This document shows, piece by piece, positions 38,811-40,018 of a stretch of 40,018 bases of DNA. Positions within the stretch are counted from its first letter, which is position 1. Every line of letters starts with the position of its first letter. The position numbers were made by a program, and so were the translations under genes. Location of the stretch: positions 1-40,018 of the forward strand of contig CAYVQA010000004.1 in the NCBI GenBank assembly GCA_964453965.1, written 5' to 3'. A model generated the notes under the pieces. It searched no databases and was not told the origin of the DNA. It saw only the letters and a list, made by a program, of their open reading frames with translations. Source of the stretch: an uncultured Staphylococcaceae bacterium (GTDB lineage Bacteria; Bacillota_I; Bacilli_A; ML615J-28; CAG-313).

Positions 38811-38839
38811 TTGCAATATATTTTTGTATATGATATAAT
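38811..38839 (+). promoter_or_regulatory. SigA promoter of TetR gene
   Basis: TTGCAA-N17-TATAAT with TG extension. Confidence 0.8.
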
Positions 38840-38846
38840 CAAACAC

Positions 38847-38868
38847 GTTGTATAATGCATTATACAAC
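38847..38868. promoter_or_regulatory. Perfect 22-bp palindromic operator (probable TetR autoregulatory site)
   Basis: GTTGTATAATGCATTATACAAC is its own reverse complement and sits at the predicted +1. Confidence 0.8.
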
Positions 38869-38899
38869 TTATTTGAAATTTTTGAAAAGGAGGAATTCA

Positions 38900-39580
38900 A
38901 TGGGCAAGAAAGGTTATGATTTAGAAGTAACAAAGGCTAAAATATTGCATGTTGCAGCGAAAATGTTTTTAACTATAGGTTATGATAAATCTACGGTTTT
39001 AAAAATAGCAGATGAAGCAAACTTAAATTCAGGTTCTGTTGTTTATGCATATAAAACTAAAGAAAATGTAGTATGCGATTTAGTTAAATATGTTTTAAAT
39101 GGACAATTTGAATTTACTGAAAAACTATTAAAAGATAAGACTGATGATAAGATTTTATTTTACGCTGCTGAAACAACGCTTCAACTTTATATGGCTGAAT
39201 CAAACGAAAATATCAGAAAATTATATAATGTAGCTTATTCATTACCTAATTCATCTGAGATTATTTATCATATGATTACAGAAAAACTAGAAAATATTTT
39301 TAAAGAAACATTACCTGACTGGGAAACAAAAGATTTTTATGAAAGAGAAATTGCATCAGCAGGAGTTATGAGAAATTTTATGTCTGTACCATGTGATATA
39401 TATTTTACAATGGAAAGAAAAGTTAAATCATTTTTAGAATCAACATTACTTTTATATCATGTATCTCAAGAAAAAATTCAAGCAGCCATTAACTTTGTTT
39501 CGCAGTTTGATTTTGAAACATTAGCAAAAAAAGTCATTGATGATATGTTTACATATCTTGAAAAAATTGAAGACAAATAA
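38900..39580 (+). CDS. TetR/AcrR-family transcriptional regulator
   Basis: TKAKILHVAAKMFLTIGYDKSTVLKIADEANLNSGSVVYAYKTKE HTH; ATG 38900 after AAGGAGG. Confidence 0.9.
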   Translation: MGKKGYDLEVTKAKILHVAAKMFLTIGYDKSTVLKIADEANLNSGSVVYAYKTKENVVCDLVKYVLNGQFEFTEKLLKDKTDDKILFYAAETTLQLYMAESNENIRKLYNVAYSLPNSSEIIYHMITEKLENIFKETLPDWETKDFYEREIASAGVMRNFMSVPCDIYFTMERKVKSFLESTLLLYHVSQEKIQAAINFVSQFDFETLAKKVIDDMFTYLEKIEDK

Positions 39581-39702
39581 AAAAAGAAAAGTAATTAGAA
39601 GATATTAAAATTTCTTTCTTTTTTATAATTTATTAATAAGAAATTTATATTTAAAAAGATTATTTTTAAAAAACAACATATAAGGAGAAAAATACAAAAA
39701 TT

Positions 39703-40018
39703 ATGAATAAGAAAAAACTTATTACGATTATTTCTGCTTCTGTAGCCGCTATAATAGCTATTATTGTTATAATAATTGTTATTTTAAATGCAAATAAAAC
39801 ATGCAATCATACGTATTCTGATGATGGTGATTGTACAACAGCAGTAATTTGTGATAAATGTAAAAAAGTTATTATTCCTGCAAAAACACATGCCTTTAGT
39901 ACAGAATATCAAACAGATGAAACACATCACTGGCATACATGTACAGTAGAAGGATGCGATGCAATAGATGAAAAAATTGCACATACATTTAGTACAGAAT
40001 ATCAAACAGATGAAACAC
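39703..40018 (+). CDS. Membrane-anchored/secreted Cys/His-repeat surface protein, truncated by window end
   Basis: MNKKKLITIISASVAAIIAIIVIIIVILNANKTCNHTYSDDGDCTTAVICDKCK...HAFSTEYQTDETHHWHTCTVEGCDAIDEKIAHTFSTEYQTDET; RBS AAGGAG; open to the edge. Confidence 0.8.
   Translation, partial: MNKKKLITIISASVAAIIAIIVIIIVILNANKTCNHTYSDDGDCTTAVICDKCKKVIIPAKTHAFSTEYQTDETHHWHTCTVEGCDAIDEKIAHTFSTEYQTDET
39895..40018 (+). repeat. 93-nt period intragenic direct repeat
   Basis: TTTAGTACAGAATATCAAACAGATGAAACAC identical at 39895-39925 and 39988-40018. Confidence 0.85.

Noticed and set aside
1988-38933. Remaining short overlapping ORFs (e.g. 1988, 2193, 2392, 7987, 10162, 10392, 10770, 10999, 14016, 15642, 16570, 22800, 29056-30240, 33538, 38293, 38700)
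   Set aside because: They lie antisense or out of frame within well-supported genes or across promoters, without SD sequences or recognisable motifs
39784-40005. 73-aa Cys-rich minus-strand ORF
   Set aside because: Antisense shadow of the plus-strand ORF starting at 39703, which has an SD and a signal anchor
39895-40018. 31-nt repeat pair as a possible CRISPR array start
   Set aside because: 62-nt spacer, period divisible by 3, in frame within a coding sequence, no cas genes
1-40018. Genetic code 4 (TGA = Trp)
   Set aside because: Long conserved genes are intact under code 11 and use TGG for Trp; no gene needs TGA read-through

Overview
AT-rich, genetic-code-11 chromosomal window from a Bacillota (class Bacilli) organism. 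It probably belongs to a reduced, Mollicutes/Erysipelotrichales-adjacent lineage that still has a wall and sporulates; this is inferred from an N-domain-less ClpB under CIRCE control, a MutM-CoaE fusion, gpr/spoVS/cotE/safA-like genes and peptidoglycan carboxypeptidases. The housekeeping backbone follows Bacillus synteny: holA/gpr; pgsA-recA...rny-ymdB-spoVS...miaB-cotE; polA-mutM-coaE-dnaB-dnaI. The standout is a ~14 kb, 8-gene locus (about 3.9-18.2 kb) that looks like a sortase-independent, SipW-processed TasA/CalY-like fibre or pilus system. It has two divergent SipW-type signal peptidases, four secreted subunits sharing a [AT]-[RK]-Y cleavage-site motif, a 2492-aa GLUG-repeat adhesin-like protein, and a membrane protein fusing a cytoplasmic domain to an external TasA-like domain. 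Also found: an 87-codon Tyr/Pro/Asn-rich coat-like gene missed by the ORF track (ATT start), tandem CIRCE elements at clpB, a 14-bp inverted repeat straddling the internal pilin promoter, a perfect 22-bp palindromic TetR operator, and a truncated Cys/His-repeat surface protein at the right edge. No rRNA, tRNA, CRISPR, IS or integrase was recognised. All family assignments come from motif recognition by eye, not from database searches.
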